Notes: a model not told the origin generated them from the sequence alone. Shown: positions 1-10,441, numbered from the stretch's first letter. The stretch is 64,000 nucleotides of DNA from Dehalococcoidia bacterium (GCA_963665775.2 CAXXTF010000002.1:448001-512000), one strand, 5' to 3'. Program-made: numbers and translations.

Positions 1-2448
1 GAGGGACTGAGGGCTATTGATTTCAGCCTCAGCATGGCTGGGGCGGTGGCGACGATGATCCTGGCCGATTACGGCGTTGGCGTCATCAAAGTTGAGCCGC
101 CAGGAGGCGACCCCTTACGGGCGCAGCCAGCCTTCTACGCCTGGAACCGTGGCAAGAAGAGTGTTGTGCTTGACCTGAAGACCGACGCCGGACTGGAGAC
201 AGCACAGCAGCTGGCGGGGCAGGCAGACGTAGTGATGGAAAGCTTTCGCCCCGGCGTCGCTGACCGGCTGGGCATAGGCTACGAGGCGCTGTCCGCGGGG
301 AACCCTCGTTTGGTCTACTGCTCCATTACGGGATTCGGCTCTGCGGGTCCCTATACCAAGCTAAAGGGCTACGATGGCATTGTTGCTGCTAAAGTGGGCC
401 GCTTTCTCCAGTTCAGCGCCATGGCCAAGCGGGAGGGGCCAGTATTTGCAGCAGTGCCTGCGGCTAGCTTTGGAGCTTCTCAGACAGGCCTCCAGGGAGT
501 CTTGGCGGCTCTCTACCTTCGAGAGCGAACGGGCCAGGGGCAGCACGTCCGGACCAGCCTGCTTCAGGCCCTCACCGCCTACGATCTTGGTGATTGGCTA
601 GGCTGGCAACTGGCGCAGCGCAACCCCCAGACGGCGTCACCCGCACCTTCAGGGGGGCGAGGGGGACCCGCCCCTGGCCTCATCTACCTTGTGGCGTGCA
701 CGGCTGATGGTTATTGGCTTCAATTCGCCCAGACCGCACCCCATCTTTTCTTTGCCTGGATGAAGGCTATAGGCCTGGAGCATCTGTATCAGGACGAGCG
801 TTACAGGACATTGCCCAACCTGCCCCCGGAGGAGCGTGTGGCCGTCTGGGAGATGATCCTACGGCGAATGGCCGAGAAGCCCCTGAAAGAGTGGCAAGCA
901 ATTTTCGAGGAGGAACCGGATATCTCGGCCGAGATTGTCCGCACGACAGAGGAGGGCCTGCAGCACCGCCAGATGCTACACAACGGGCAGGTTATCGAGT
1001 CGGAGCAGCCTGATGTAGGTCGCATTAAGCAGGTGGGGCCGCTGGTGCACATGGCGGCCACCCCGGGGGGCGTTCAGGGCCCGGCGCCCTTGCTGAACCA
1101 GCATGCGGAAGAGGTGACGCGCCGGGCATCTGAATCACGTCCGGATATCGAACCAGGGAAGAATGGAGCAGCGATGCCAGCGAGCCCTCTCGAGGGTATA
1201 ACCGTCCTTGAGCTCGCGGGTTACTATGCCGCTCCCTTTGGTACCAACCTCCTTGCCGACCTGGGCGCCCGCGTTATCAAGATCGAGCCGCTGGAAGGCG
1301 ACCCCATGCGATCCATGGGTTCCGATCAGCTTTCCACCAGTACAGTGAAGACCACCCAGGGCAAGGAGAGCATCGCCGTCGACCTGAAGACGCCGGAGGG
1401 CAAAGAGATAGTCCATAAGCTGGTGGCCAGGGCCGACCTCCTCATGCACAATTACAGGCCGGGGGTGCCTGAGCGCCTCGGCATCGACTACCAGACGTTG
1501 AGGGCCATCAATCCTCGACTAGTGTACTTATACGCCGGCTCGTACGGCCCAACGGGCCCTGATGCCAAGCGGCCGGCATACGATCCCACGCCAGGTGCCG
1601 TCGTCGGCAACACACGGTACCAGTACGGGGAGGGTCTTCCGCCCCGGGGCGCAGCCCCGGAGGCCCTTGATGAGTTAAAAAGAGTCTCGGCCCGCCTCAA
1701 CATAGCTAACTGGGGCTTTGGTGATCCAAGCTCCGCCATAGTAGTAGGCACTGCTTTGCTGCTGGGATTGCTGGCGCGGGAGCGTACCGGTAAGGGTCAG
1801 GAGATGATGACGACGATGCTCTGCTCCAATGCCTACACCTCGACCGACTTCCTCGGCTATGACGGTAAGCCGGAGAGGCAGCTGCCGGATGCAGACCTGT
1901 ACGGCCTGGGCCCCATTTACCGCCTCTATAGAGCACGGGAGGGATGGATATTCCTGGCCTGCCTCAAGGAAAAGGAATGGGAAGCTCTGTGCATCGCTCT
2001 CGACAGGCCGGAGCTTAAGGAGGACGCGCGATTCCGTACTCCAACCGCTCGCCGGGGGCATAGCGCCGAGCTCGCGGCCATTCTGGAGGAAGCGTTTAGT
2101 CAGCGCGATGCGGACGGGTGGGAGGCCTATCTGAGCGGCTTCGATGTAGCCTGCGTACGGGCTGACAAGATGCGCTTCGGAGAATTTGCCAACGTAGACC
2201 CGGGGATGGAGGCAAACGGCTTTGTCGCCCAGGTGGAGGCCCCTATCCTTGGCCTCCACCGACGCCACGGCCCGACGGTTCAGCTATCGAAGACCGGTGC
2301 CAGGATGGGGCCGAGTTGCCTGCTCGGCCAGCACACGAGGCAGATTCTGGCCGAGTTGGGCTATGGCGAGGAGCAGACAAAAGGGCTTAAGACGCGGCGA
2401 GTTGTTACCGGGCCGGACGAGACTTGGCTTACGCGGGCTCCACTATGA
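1..2448 (+). CDS. Tandem (two-domain) family III CoA-transferase, CaiB/BaiF; 5'-truncated by the window
   Basis: Frame is open from base 1 (EGLRAIDFSLSMAG). Two CaiB modules: VIKVEPPGGD..NRGKKSVVLDLK..ESFRPGV and LEGITVLEL..LADLGARVIKIEP..GKESIAVDLK..HNYRPGV. Confidence 0.92.
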   Translation, partial: EGLRAIDFSLSMAGAVATMILADYGVGVIKVEPPGGDPLRAQPAFYAWNRGKKSVVLDLKTDAGLETAQQLAGQADVVMESFRPGVADRLGIGYEALSAGNPRLVYCSITGFGSAGPYTKLKGYDGIVAAKVGRFLQFSAMAKREGPVFAAVPAASFGASQTGLQGVLAALYLRERTGQGQHVRTSLLQALTAYDLGDWLGWQLAQRNPQTASPAPSGGRGGPAPGLIYLVACTADGYWLQFAQTAPHLFFAWMKAIGLEHLYQDERYRTLPNLPPEERVAVWEMILRRMAEKPLKEWQAIFEEEPDISAEIVRTTEEGLQHRQMLHNGQVIESEQPDVGRIKQVGPLVHMAATPGGVQGPAPLLNQHAEEVTRRASESRPDIEPGKNGAAMPASPLEGITVLELAGYYAAPFGTNLLADLGARVIKIEPLEGDPMRSMGSDQLSTSTVKTTQGKESIAVDLKTPEGKEIVHKLVARADLLMHNYRPGVPERLGIDYQTLRAINPRLVYLYAGSYGPTGPDAKRPAYDPTPGAVVGNTRYQYGEGLPPRGAAPEALDELKRVSARLNIANWGFGDPSSAIVVGTALLLGLLARERTGKGQEMMTTMLCSNAYTSTDFLGYDGKPERQLPDADLYGLGPIYRLYRAREGWIFLACLKEKEWEALCIALDRPELKEDARFRTPTARRGHSAELAAILEEAFSQRDADGWEAYLSGFDVACVRADKMRFGEFANVDPGMEANGFVAQVEAPILGLHRRHGPTVQLSKTGARMGPSCLLGQHTRQILAELGYGEEQTKGLKTRRVVTGPDETWLTRAPL

Positions 2449-2541
2449 AGTCGTTGTGTGAGGCGGTTCAAGACCGCGACCGTCGTAATCCCTGGGCGGT
2501 CATTTAGCGTGCTTCCGTGTCTGAAGCGCAATCAGGGTGAC

Positions 2542-2901
2542 TTAGTCTTCGGCCAGAATAATGGTGACCCCGCCGTGTTGCGTGCCCAGACTGAAGCCGG
2601 TGCCGTGGCAGAGGGCTATCTTGCAGTCCTTGACCTGCCTCTTCCCTTCATTGCCCCGTAGCTGCCGGGTGGCCTCGATCACGAGGAAGAGGCCTCGCGC
2701 ACCGGGTTGGTTGGAGGAGAGCCCGCCGCTATCCTGCCGTAGTCCCGATAGCCGGCGCTGCGGTGCTCCACCGCCATCGCCCCGCCCAGGAGCCACACCG
2801 GCGGCCTCCGCCTCCAACCGCGGCTCCGTGTAGCCCGGAATGACGCGGCCCGGGAATTCATGGACGCCGACGACAGCCGCTTTCCTGGCAAGAGATCCCA
2901 T
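2542..2901 (-). pseudogene. Internally deleted SCP2/SCP-x-type thiolase relic
   Basis: N-terminus KAAVVGVHE, a middle PVWLLGGAMAVEH piece in another frame, and C-terminus GGLSSNQPG..VIEATRQLRG..ALCHGTG all lie within 360 bp. A full gene would be about 1.15 kb. Confidence 0.8.
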
Positions 2902-3125
2902 TAGAGCCTCCCTTTTAGTCTTCCCCGGCGTTCCCGGCCAAGACTAGCGGCCAAGACCTCAGTGGCCCGATTATACACGTTCGCCACGACTGTCAGATGC
3001 GGAGTAGAGGGCATCGATAGAGTGACCGCCAGCGATAATGAGAGTAGTCGCTCCCTTGGTCCAGCGGGGGCTGACCCTTGCCGGCAGCACGTAGTGTCAC
3101 TCATGTACCGAACGAGTACAATAAC

Positions 3126-3154
3126 TTGACAACTTTGTCGAACGGTAGTTTAAT
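3126..3154 (+). promoter_or_regulatory. Sigma70-type promoter with an overlapping palindrome (possible operator)
   Basis: TTGACA-17 bp-TTTAAT. GACAA-CT-TTGTC inverted repeat overlaps the -35 element. Confidence 0.55.
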
Positions 3155-3190
3155 GCGACCAGAAGTTCACCCAGGAAAGGAGCCGAGCCC

Positions 3191-4399
3191 ATGCGCAACT
3201 ATCAGTTAGTTTCTGCCGATTCCCACGTGGAGGGGCCGCCCGCGTGGGCGGAGAGGCTCCCCAAGGACCTACGGGACAAAGGTCCGCGCATCGTGCAGCT
3301 AGAAGACGGTGATGCGGTAGTGCTGGGCGACGGTAAGCCCGTCCCTATCACTGGACTGGCGTTGACTGCCGGCCAGAAGTACGCCGAGATCAGACTGCGC
3401 GGCCGTAAATACAGTGAGGAGCCAGGCGCCGGCGTCGACCCACAGCAGCGGGTGGCCGAGCAGGACAAGGACGGGGTTGACGCAGAGAACCTCTTCCACT
3501 CCGTTGGCGCCATCCTGGGCCGAATGGAAGATCCTATCCTGATACGGGAGTCGATTCGGGCCTATAACGATTGGCTATCAGACTTCTGCTCTTACGCCCC
3601 GGACCGCCTCTTCGGCCAGGGCTTCTTGCCTTACACCGGCATCGATGACGCCGTGGCCGAGCTGCAGCGGATAGCGAAGAAGCCTGGCCTGCGCTCGGCC
3701 TACCTGCACCGGTTCCCCTCCGGAGGCGCCACGCCATCACCGGACGACGACAAGTTCTGGGCGGCAGCGGCCGATCTCGGAGTGACGGTGGCTTCCCACC
3801 ACAATTTCGGGGGCAGAGGCATGGGCGGTGAGCAAATTCTGGACGACCCCGCCGCACAAATGTTCGCCTGGATCCTAACCTCCGACATGCCCGTCCCCAC
3901 GATGCCCATCGTCACCATCATCCAGCTGATGCTTACGGGCGTCTTCGACCGCTACCCCAACCTGAGACTGTTCTTCGGCGAGACAGGCATCGGCTGGCTG
4001 CCCTACTGGCTGGAACAGATGGACGACCGCTACGACCGCCACCGCTTCTGGCCAGAGGTGGACCTGCCCCGGCGCCCCAGCCAGTACTTCCGCGACCAGA
4101 TCCACGTCTCCTTCCAAGAAGACCATGCAGGCATCGCTCTGCGCCACCTCATCGGCGTCGACAACATCTGCTGGGCCAGCGACTTCCCCCACGCCGTGGG
4201 CGATTGGCCATATTCGCAGGAGACGGCGGCTCGCCAGTTTCGGGATGTACCCGACGACGAGCGACATAAGATCCAGGCCCTGAATATTTTGGAGTGGCTG
4301 CACATCATCACTCTGCCAGAGAAGGAAGAGATGGCTCGCCAGACGGTGGTGGACCGGGCCCCTGCGGAGCTACTGGCTCGCGGCGCCCGAAGGCTCTAA
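3191..4399 (+). CDS. Amidohydrolase family 2 (LigW/ACMSD-like metallo-hydrolase)
   Basis: SADSHVE, RAYNDWL, ETGIGWLPYW and WASDFPH motifs; upstream AGGAG RBS. Confidence 0.9.
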   Translation: MRNYQLVSADSHVEGPPAWAERLPKDLRDKGPRIVQLEDGDAVVLGDGKPVPITGLALTAGQKYAEIRLRGRKYSEEPGAGVDPQQRVAEQDKDGVDAENLFHSVGAILGRMEDPILIRESIRAYNDWLSDFCSYAPDRLFGQGFLPYTGIDDAVAELQRIAKKPGLRSAYLHRFPSGGATPSPDDDKFWAAAADLGVTVASHHNFGGRGMGGEQILDDPAAQMFAWILTSDMPVPTMPIVTIIQLMLTGVFDRYPNLRLFFGETGIGWLPYWLEQMDDRYDRHRFWPEVDLPRRPSQYFRDQIHVSFQEDHAGIALRHLIGVDNICWASDFPHAVGDWPYSQETAARQFRDVPDDERHKIQALNILEWLHIITLPEKEEMARQTVVDRAPAELLARGARRL

Positions 4400-4463
4400 G
4401 CCGGGCGAGGCCGCTGGCCGGCGAGCCCTTGATCGACCGGGCGCCCGCGGAGTTCACTCCTTC

Positions 4464-4712
4464 GTGGAAATCGCCCGGGACAAGGCGCTGCCCGCCGCTG
4501 GCTTTGGAGCCGACACGGACCAACTGGCCCAGAGTGTGGGGCAGATGCCCGCTTTCGCCAGCGGCATCCAGATTGCCGGGGGCTGGCTGAGGTTCGTGGG
4601 CGGCGGCATCCCCCTGCGGCGGGACGGCCAGTTGTTGGGGGCCGTCGGCATCTCCGGCAGCAGCAGTCAGCAGGAGATCGACTGCGCCCAGGTGGGTCTG
4701 GCTCAGCTATAG
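4464..4712 (+). pseudogene. C-terminal half of a GlcG/HbpS heme-binding protein
   Basis: EIARDKA..GGGIPLRRDGQLLGAVGISG..EIDCA motif. The N-terminal half and an RBS are missing. Confidence 0.7.
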
Positions 4713-4738
4713 CGTAGAGGGTACCGCTTAAGGCCTAA

Positions 4739-5485
4739 CTAACCGTTCTCCGCCGCCGCGCTCGGCGCCATTATCGCCCCGACCTTCTTCTCCATGGTCC
4801 CTTTACTCATGGAGCCGATGCGAAACTCGCGGACGATCCCGTCTCTATCTATGAAGAGATGGGTGGGGATGCCGACGATGCGGTAGGTGGCCGCCACGGC
4901 GGTGCTCTGGTCGAGGCCAACCGTGTAGCTGATCCCGACGCGCTCCACGTAGTCCCTCACGGTATCCGCGCCCTCGGCTATGCTTATGGCGATGAGCACC
5001 AGCCCTTCATCCCGGTTCGCTTCATAAACGGTCACCATGTCCGGGCTCTCTGCTCGGCAGGGCGGGCACCAGGTGGCCCAGAAGCTGATCCACACCGGCT
5101 GTCCGCGGAAGTCACTAAGCTGGAATGACTCACCGTCTAGCCCCAGAAGCTCGAACTGCGGCGCCTCCTGGCCGATCCGTGGCGCTGGACCGGTGGCTCC
5201 GGCCGTCAGGGTGATCGCCTCGCTGCCGCCGGCGCCCCCTGGCCGGTCAAAAAACAAGACTAGCCCCACGATGATGAGGCCGACAGCTATGGTCGAGAGG
5301 ATATTCCGCAGGGCGCCTGGCCGCGGCCGAGGGAACGGAGGGCGGGCAAGGATTTCGGCGGCGGATTCGTCCTCCCGCTCAGGAGTGCGCGAGACAGCCT
5401 GTCCCTCTCCATCGATAGCTGCTGACTCCTCGGCCGGTAGTGCTGCCTCGCCGTTGGGTTGGCTGTCGCCTTCGCTGTCAGGCAT
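4739..5485 (-). CDS. resA: ResA/TlpA-family membrane-anchored thiol-disulfide oxidoreductase
   Basis: One TM helix followed by FWATWCPPC; last gene of the ccm system II operon. Confidence 0.88.
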   Translation of the reverse strand: MPDSEGDSQPNGEAALPAEESAAIDGEGQAVSRTPEREDESAAEILARPPFPRPRPGALRNILSTIAVGLIIVGLVLFFDRPGGAGGSEAITLTAGATGPAPRIGQEAPQFELLGLDGESFQLSDFRGQPVWISFWATWCPPCRAESPDMVTVYEANRDEGLVLIAISIAEGADTVRDYVERVGISYTVGLDQSTAVAATYRIVGIPTHLFIDRDGIVREFRIGSMSKGTMEKKVGAIMAPSAAAENG

Positions 5486-6344
5486 AGCTGTGCAAGCCGC
5501 CCAGGAAGTAGTTGCCCCAGAGAGTGAACATGGTAGCGCCGAAGCCCACGATTAGCAGGCCAGCGGCGCCGGCGCCTCGCCACTCTCGCAGTACGCGGGC
5601 GTGCAGGTAGCCCCCGTAGATGAGCCAGGTCACCAGGGCAGCCGTCTCCTTGGGGTCCCAGGTCCAGTAGGAGCCCCAGGCGATATGTGCCCAGACGGCG
5701 CCCAGGATGAGCGTCATCGCCATCAGAGGGAAGCCGATGAGTACAGCCCTGTACGAGATCTCGTCGAGCACCGCTGCCCTGGGCAACCAGCGGACGGTGT
5801 CGTGTCGCTGGAACAGGTAGAGAACGGCGCCGCCGAAGGCCACGGCGAAGGCCCCGTAGGCCAGCACGGCCACGCTGACGTGAACGGTCAGGAGCAGATC
5901 GTTCTGAAGCGCCGGCACCAGCGGCCGGATCTCTGATGGGATGGTTGTCGAGTAGGCCAGCATGCCCAAAGCCACCGGTAGCACCAGCAGGGCCAGCGCG
6001 CGCAGCCTGTAAGCGACCTCGAAGTAGAGGCAGATGATCACGGCGCCCCAGGCGAACGCCAGAGAGAACTCATACATGTTGGAGATAGGGCCGCGCCCGC
6101 TGTCGATCGTGCGGAAGATCAGGGATGCCGACAGGAAGACGAGCGCGTTGATCGTCGCGATGGTGGCGTAGCGACCGGCCGAATCCACGGCACCGAGCGC
6201 TGTCGAGGTCGAGATGGAGCCGCCGTTAGCGGCACCGATCAGCTGGACGCTCCTGGCCCCGACGAGGTTAGCTAGGTAGAGGAACAGCGCCAGGCCCAGC
6301 GCTGCGAATGACGCTACGAAGGCGTATTGCGAAAGCTCATACAT
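5478..6344 (-). CDS. ccsA: Cytochrome c biogenesis protein CcsA/ResC (system II)
   Basis: WAHIAWGSYWTWDPKET (WWD domain) and C-terminal GLHSYA. ATG at 6344 follows GGAGG. Confidence 0.93.
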   Translation of the reverse strand: MYELSQYAFVASFAALGLALFLYLANLVGARSVQLIGAANGGSISTSTALGAVDSAGRYATIATINALVFLSASLIFRTIDSGRGPISNMYEFSLAFAWGAVIICLYFEVAYRLRALALLVLPVALGMLAYSTTIPSEIRPLVPALQNDLLLTVHVSVAVLAYGAFAVAFGGAVLYLFQRHDTVRWLPRAAVLDEISYRAVLIGFPLMAMTLILGAVWAHIAWGSYWTWDPKETAALVTWLIYGGYLHARVLREWRGAGAAGLLIVGFGATMFTLWGNYFLGGLHSYA

Positions 6345-7817
6345 CTTTGGCTCCTCCGCCGGAGTCACCGCTCTCCCGGGCGGTTCCCAGCTCCCCTGCT
6401 ACCCTATCACTTAATCGGTCGAACTCGCGGGATAACGATACGTCTCGTTGCGCCGTCATGCCCAGTCTCACCTCGGTTGTGCCGTCCGGGCCTGGCTTGC
6501 AGAGCGCCCATAGCCGCCGGTGCGGAAAGTAGAAGAGCATGACCAGGCCCAGAAGCATCAGGATACTGGCGATCCAGATAATGTTGATGCCAGGGTTCTT
6601 CACCACCTTGAGGCCGGTGAAACGCCCCTCCCTCTGGAAGGTGAAACTGAGCTCTTCCATCTCTTGAGGCGCACCCTGGGACAGGTTCTGTACGGCCACA
6701 AGCCTGTCGCCGTTCTCCGCGTATACCTCCACCCTCATCTCCCCCGCTGGGACGAGGGGGTCGGTGAGGCCGGATGTAGGCCCGATGACGTTGACGGCTA
6801 GCCCCTGCTCTGGGATGTTGAAGCTTCCGAGAGGGCGACCCTCATCCTTTGTCCGCCCGGCGAGAGGTACGGGCTCACTGAAGAGTGTCTGCCCCGCCGT
6901 GTCCGTCACCTTCATGACCGCTGTCTGACCGAAGAACGATTGGTGGAGGCGGATACCGTCGTAGCTCATCGGGGAGTTGACCCGGATCGTCCCTTCCTTC
7001 ACCGGCACACCCTTATCATAGATCACGACTTCGCTCCGGAAATCTCTAGGTGGCCCTTCCAGGTAGTACTCGTCCACGAAGTGCTCCAGGCTGACCGAGA
7101 TGTCGGTGCCCAGCCCGAGCTCGCTGGTGGCGCCCTCGGATACGATGAACTGGGGGTCGCTGAACCCCCATAGGCTCTCCACAGTGGCGCCGGCCAGGAT
7201 GAGGACGAGGCTTACGTGGCTGAGGAAAGAACCGAATCCGCTGAGGCGGTTCCGGTCCGCATAGATCGCCACCGCGTCGGCGTCCACCTGCGTCTGTACC
7301 CGATAGCGGGTGTCGGAAAGGGCGCCTGTGATGCGCTCCGCTGTCGTGGATACCGGCAGGGCCGGCGTCAGGACGGCGTTGAAGCGGGTGTGCTCAAAGA
7401 AGGCGTCCCCCATACGGGTGCGCGTACCGAACGCGGCGGTCCAGATCCCCTTCCAGCGATCGATCGAGGAGACCAGGATGTTGACGGTTAGCAGTCCCAG
7501 GAGCAGCCGAAACCAGATCGAATGGAAGACGTCGAACAGGAGGAGCGCCTCGAAGACGTCGGTCAGGAAGGGCCCGTATGCGCCGCGGGCGTTCTCCAGC
7601 CACTGAGCGTAGGAAGCTGGGTTGGCCAGAATGGAGGGCGGCACCTGTCTCAGAAGGGTACCGGCCAGCACCGCTGCCGCCAGCAGGAAGATCAGCATCA
7701 GGGCCAGGCGGACAGAGGTGAAGAGGTGCCAGGCCTGGCCTAGAAGGTCTAGCTCCCACGGTTTGCCGGCGGCCTTCTTCGCGGCTCTGCTCGACTCAGC
7801 GCTACCGGTGTCTCCAT
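6337..7817 (-). CDS. resB: Cytochrome c biogenesis protein ResB/CcsB; apparent 1-nt frameshift near 7763
   Basis: WHLFTSVRLAL, DVFHSIWF, HVSLVLIL and VNSPM motifs. The RBS-preceded ATG at 7817 is out of frame with the body. Confidence 0.85.
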
Positions 7818-7825
7818 CGACCTTC

Positions 7826-8542
7826 CTATACGTAGCCCTGCCCCCAGTCGAAGAACTGGGTTATCCTGATGAAGTTATTCGTGAGGAGCAAGACGCCTAC
7901 AGCGACCACGAGCAGGCCGCTCACGACCGGCACTGTCGCCAGCACCGGACGTATGCGTTTGAGGCGTGCGGAGACGCCCTCAACGGCGAAGGCCATGATA
8001 AGAAACGGCACCCCCAGCCCGGCCGAGTAGGCCAACAGCAGCAGGGCTCCCTGTCCCACGGTGCCGCCGATGATGGCCAGTCCGATGATGCTGCCCAGCA
8101 CCGGTCCGATGCAGGGCGTCCAGCCGGCGGAGAATGTCATCCCCATTACCAGCGAACGGGGATAGCCTGTTCTGGCGGCTGGTGCCTGGCTAACGCTGTA
8201 TTCCCGATTCAGGAATCCGATGTTGATGACGCCGAGCAAGTGCAGGCCCATGAAGACAAGGATCGCTCCGCCCATCTCGCGCAGGTAGCGGGCGTTGTCC
8301 AGAAGCAGGAAGCCGATGAGCCCGATGGAGGTCCAGAATACGACGAAAACCAGGGAGAAGCCGGTGACGAACGAAGCGGCGTGGAGGAAGCAGGTCCGCC
8401 GGTTAGCGGATGTAGGAGATTCGGCCGAGACGGTCACCATGTGACCAATGTAAGCTGGGACCAGAGGCAGGACGCAGGGCGAGGCGAACGAGAGCATCCC
8501 CGCCGCGAAGGCGATCAGCAGGGTCACATTCTCGCCATCCAC
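7826..8542 (-). CDS. ccdA: Cytochrome c biogenesis protein CcdA
   Basis: SFASPCVLPLVPAY and GWTPCIGPVL motifs. Confidence 0.93.
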   Translation of the reverse strand: MDGENVTLLIAFAAGMLSFASPCVLPLVPAYIGHMVTVSAESPTSANRRTCFLHAASFVTGFSLVFVVFWTSIGLIGFLLLDNARYLREMGGAILVFMGLHLLGVINIGFLNREYSVSQAPAARTGYPRSLVMGMTFSAGWTPCIGPVLGSIIGLAIIGGTVGQGALLLLAYSAGLGVPFLIMAFAVEGVSARLKRIRPVLATVPVVSGLLVVAVGVLLLTNNFIRITQFFDWGQGYV

Positions 8543-8597
8543 CCGGTGTCACCTCCTCAGCGATCGTTCCCCGGCCGCACACCTTTGAAAGCCCTCA

Positions 8598-9980
8598 TCA
8601 TGAATATTCCAGGTCTGGTAAGGCGTCGTCGGCGGCGGTCGGGTCGTAATCCTCCGAGGATGATCCCTCCTGGAGATCGAGGGCGAAGAACTCGCGCATG
8701 GCCTGAGCGGTGGCCGTGCCATCCCCTTCGACGGCCCGGGCCTTGAGAAGGGCGATGGGGTCATGCAGAAGCTTCTTGGCCATAGCCAGCGTCAGGGCCT
8801 CGATGCGCTGGCGATCTGATTCTGAGAGGCGGTTCAGCACCGAGGAGATGCGCGCCAGCTCCGCCTGCCTGATCGAATCCACACGCTGGCGTAGGGCGCT
8901 GATGGTGGGGACGACCCGCTGGGTGGCCAGCCAGCTCTCAAAGGCAAGAACCGCCTCCTGGATGATGGGCGACACCTTCCGCGCCTCCGACTGTCGTTCT
9001 TTAATGTTGGCGGCGATGGCGGATTCGAGGTCGTCGACGTTATATAGCTTTACGCCGGGTATCTCAGCGACCGACGGCTCGACATCTCTGGGCACGGCTA
9101 TGTCGATCAGGAGAAGTGGCTGTGTCCCTCTCTCACGCATCGCCTTCTCTACCATCTCCCGCGGAATCACGTGGTGGGGTGCGCTGGTACAGCTGATGAC
9201 GATGTCGCAGTGCCGAAGGGCGTCTTCCAACTGGCAGGAAACGACGGCGCCACCGCACTCTTGGGCTAGCCGCTCTGCCCGCTTCGACGTTTGGCCGACG
9301 ACCGACAGCCCGGCGACCCCTTTATCGACGAGGCTCTTGGCTGCTAACTCACCCATCTTCCCGGCGCCCACCAGCAGAACGTGCGAAGACCTCAGATCTC
9401 CCAACGTCCGCCTGGCAAGCTCGACCGCGGCATAGCTGATCGATATGGCGCTGCGGCCGATTCCGGTCTCGGTGCGCGCCCGCTTGCCCACGGTGACCGC
9501 CTGCCGGAAGAGGGTGGCGAGCACCCTCCCTATGGAGCGGTGATCGAGGCCCTGGCGCAGCGCCTCCCGCACCTGACCCAGGATTTGGGGCTCGCCGACG
9601 ATGGCTGAGTCCAAGCCGCTGGCCACCAGGAACAGATGCTCGACCGCTTTTCTGCCCTCCAGACCGTACAGATGCGACTCGAACTCCCATAGCGGGATGC
9701 TGCGCTGCTCGCTCAAGAAGCGCTTGATCTCTGCCTTGGCGCGGCTTGTATCAGGAGCGGCCGCATACAGCTCCACTCGGTGGCACGTGGAGAGGATGGC
9801 TCCTTCTGGGACATACCCTCTCAGGGCAGTTAGCGAGCTCTCCAGATCATAAGGGGGAAAGGCGAGACGTTCCCGCAGGACGAGCGGTGCCCGCCTGTGA
9901 CTGAGGCCCACGACGACCACCTGTGTCCCTCGGTCGCCATCTCCCTCACGATCAGTGGCTCTCGTAGGCATATTCCTCAC
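8598..9980 (-). CDS. hemA: Glutamyl-tRNA reductase
   Basis: GLSHRRAP, LSTCHRVELY, SGLDSAIVGEPQILGQV, GAGKMG and DIAVPRDVE motifs. Confidence 0.96.
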   Translation of the reverse strand: MRNMPTRATDREGDGDRGTQVVVVGLSHRRAPLVLRERLAFPPYDLESSLTALRGYVPEGAILSTCHRVELYAAAPDTSRAKAEIKRFLSEQRSIPLWEFESHLYGLEGRKAVEHLFLVASGLDSAIVGEPQILGQVREALRQGLDHRSIGRVLATLFRQAVTVGKRARTETGIGRSAISISYAAVELARRTLGDLRSSHVLLVGAGKMGELAAKSLVDKGVAGLSVVGQTSKRAERLAQECGGAVVSCQLEDALRHCDIVISCTSAPHHVIPREMVEKAMRERGTQPLLLIDIAVPRDVEPSVAEIPGVKLYNVDDLESAIAANIKERQSEARKVSPIIQEAVLAFESWLATQRVVPTISALRQRVDSIRQAELARISSVLNRLSESDRQRIEALTLAMAKKLLHDPIALLKARAVEGDGTATAQAMREFFALDLQEGSSSEDYDPTAADDALPDLEYS

Positions 9981-10175
9981 ACGGGTATACTAAGCTGAAG
10001 CTCCTGTCCTCAGAACCCGCCATTGCAGCGACTACAGGCGGCACCGGCGCCCGTGGTGGCGCCGCCGGATGCGCGGCATCGACCAGAACTTGCCGCAGGG
10101 CGCAGCCTAATTGGCCCTCCGGTATCCCGGATACCTTGCGTTGGCGGCTTGGGTTCATTATCGCGAGAACCGCTC

Positions 10176-10193
10176 TTGTGCATATCTTAACAA
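10176..10193. promoter_or_regulatory. Rex-like operator upstream of the hemA operon
   Basis: TTGTGCA-TATC-TTAACAA matches the Rex consensus TTGTGAA-N4-TTCACAA at 12 of 14 positions. Confidence 0.6.
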
Positions 10194-10441
10194 TAACCGC
10201 CTCCTATTTGAACCCTAGCTGTTACGGCCCTTCAGGAGGTATCTCAGTTGTGGAATGCCGTGGATCGCCTCGCCTTATGGCTTGCTGGCCAGGACTCAAT
10301 ACCCGTGGTGGAGGAGAGCGAGGGAATCTCCCCCCTCTTGTCTCCGCCCTTAACGCTGGCTAAACAGATTCTTAATTCTTTCTTCCCCTAGCCTTGATGA
10401 CAACGTTAACGACGGCACGCTAACGTGAGTCTGCAGGTGAC

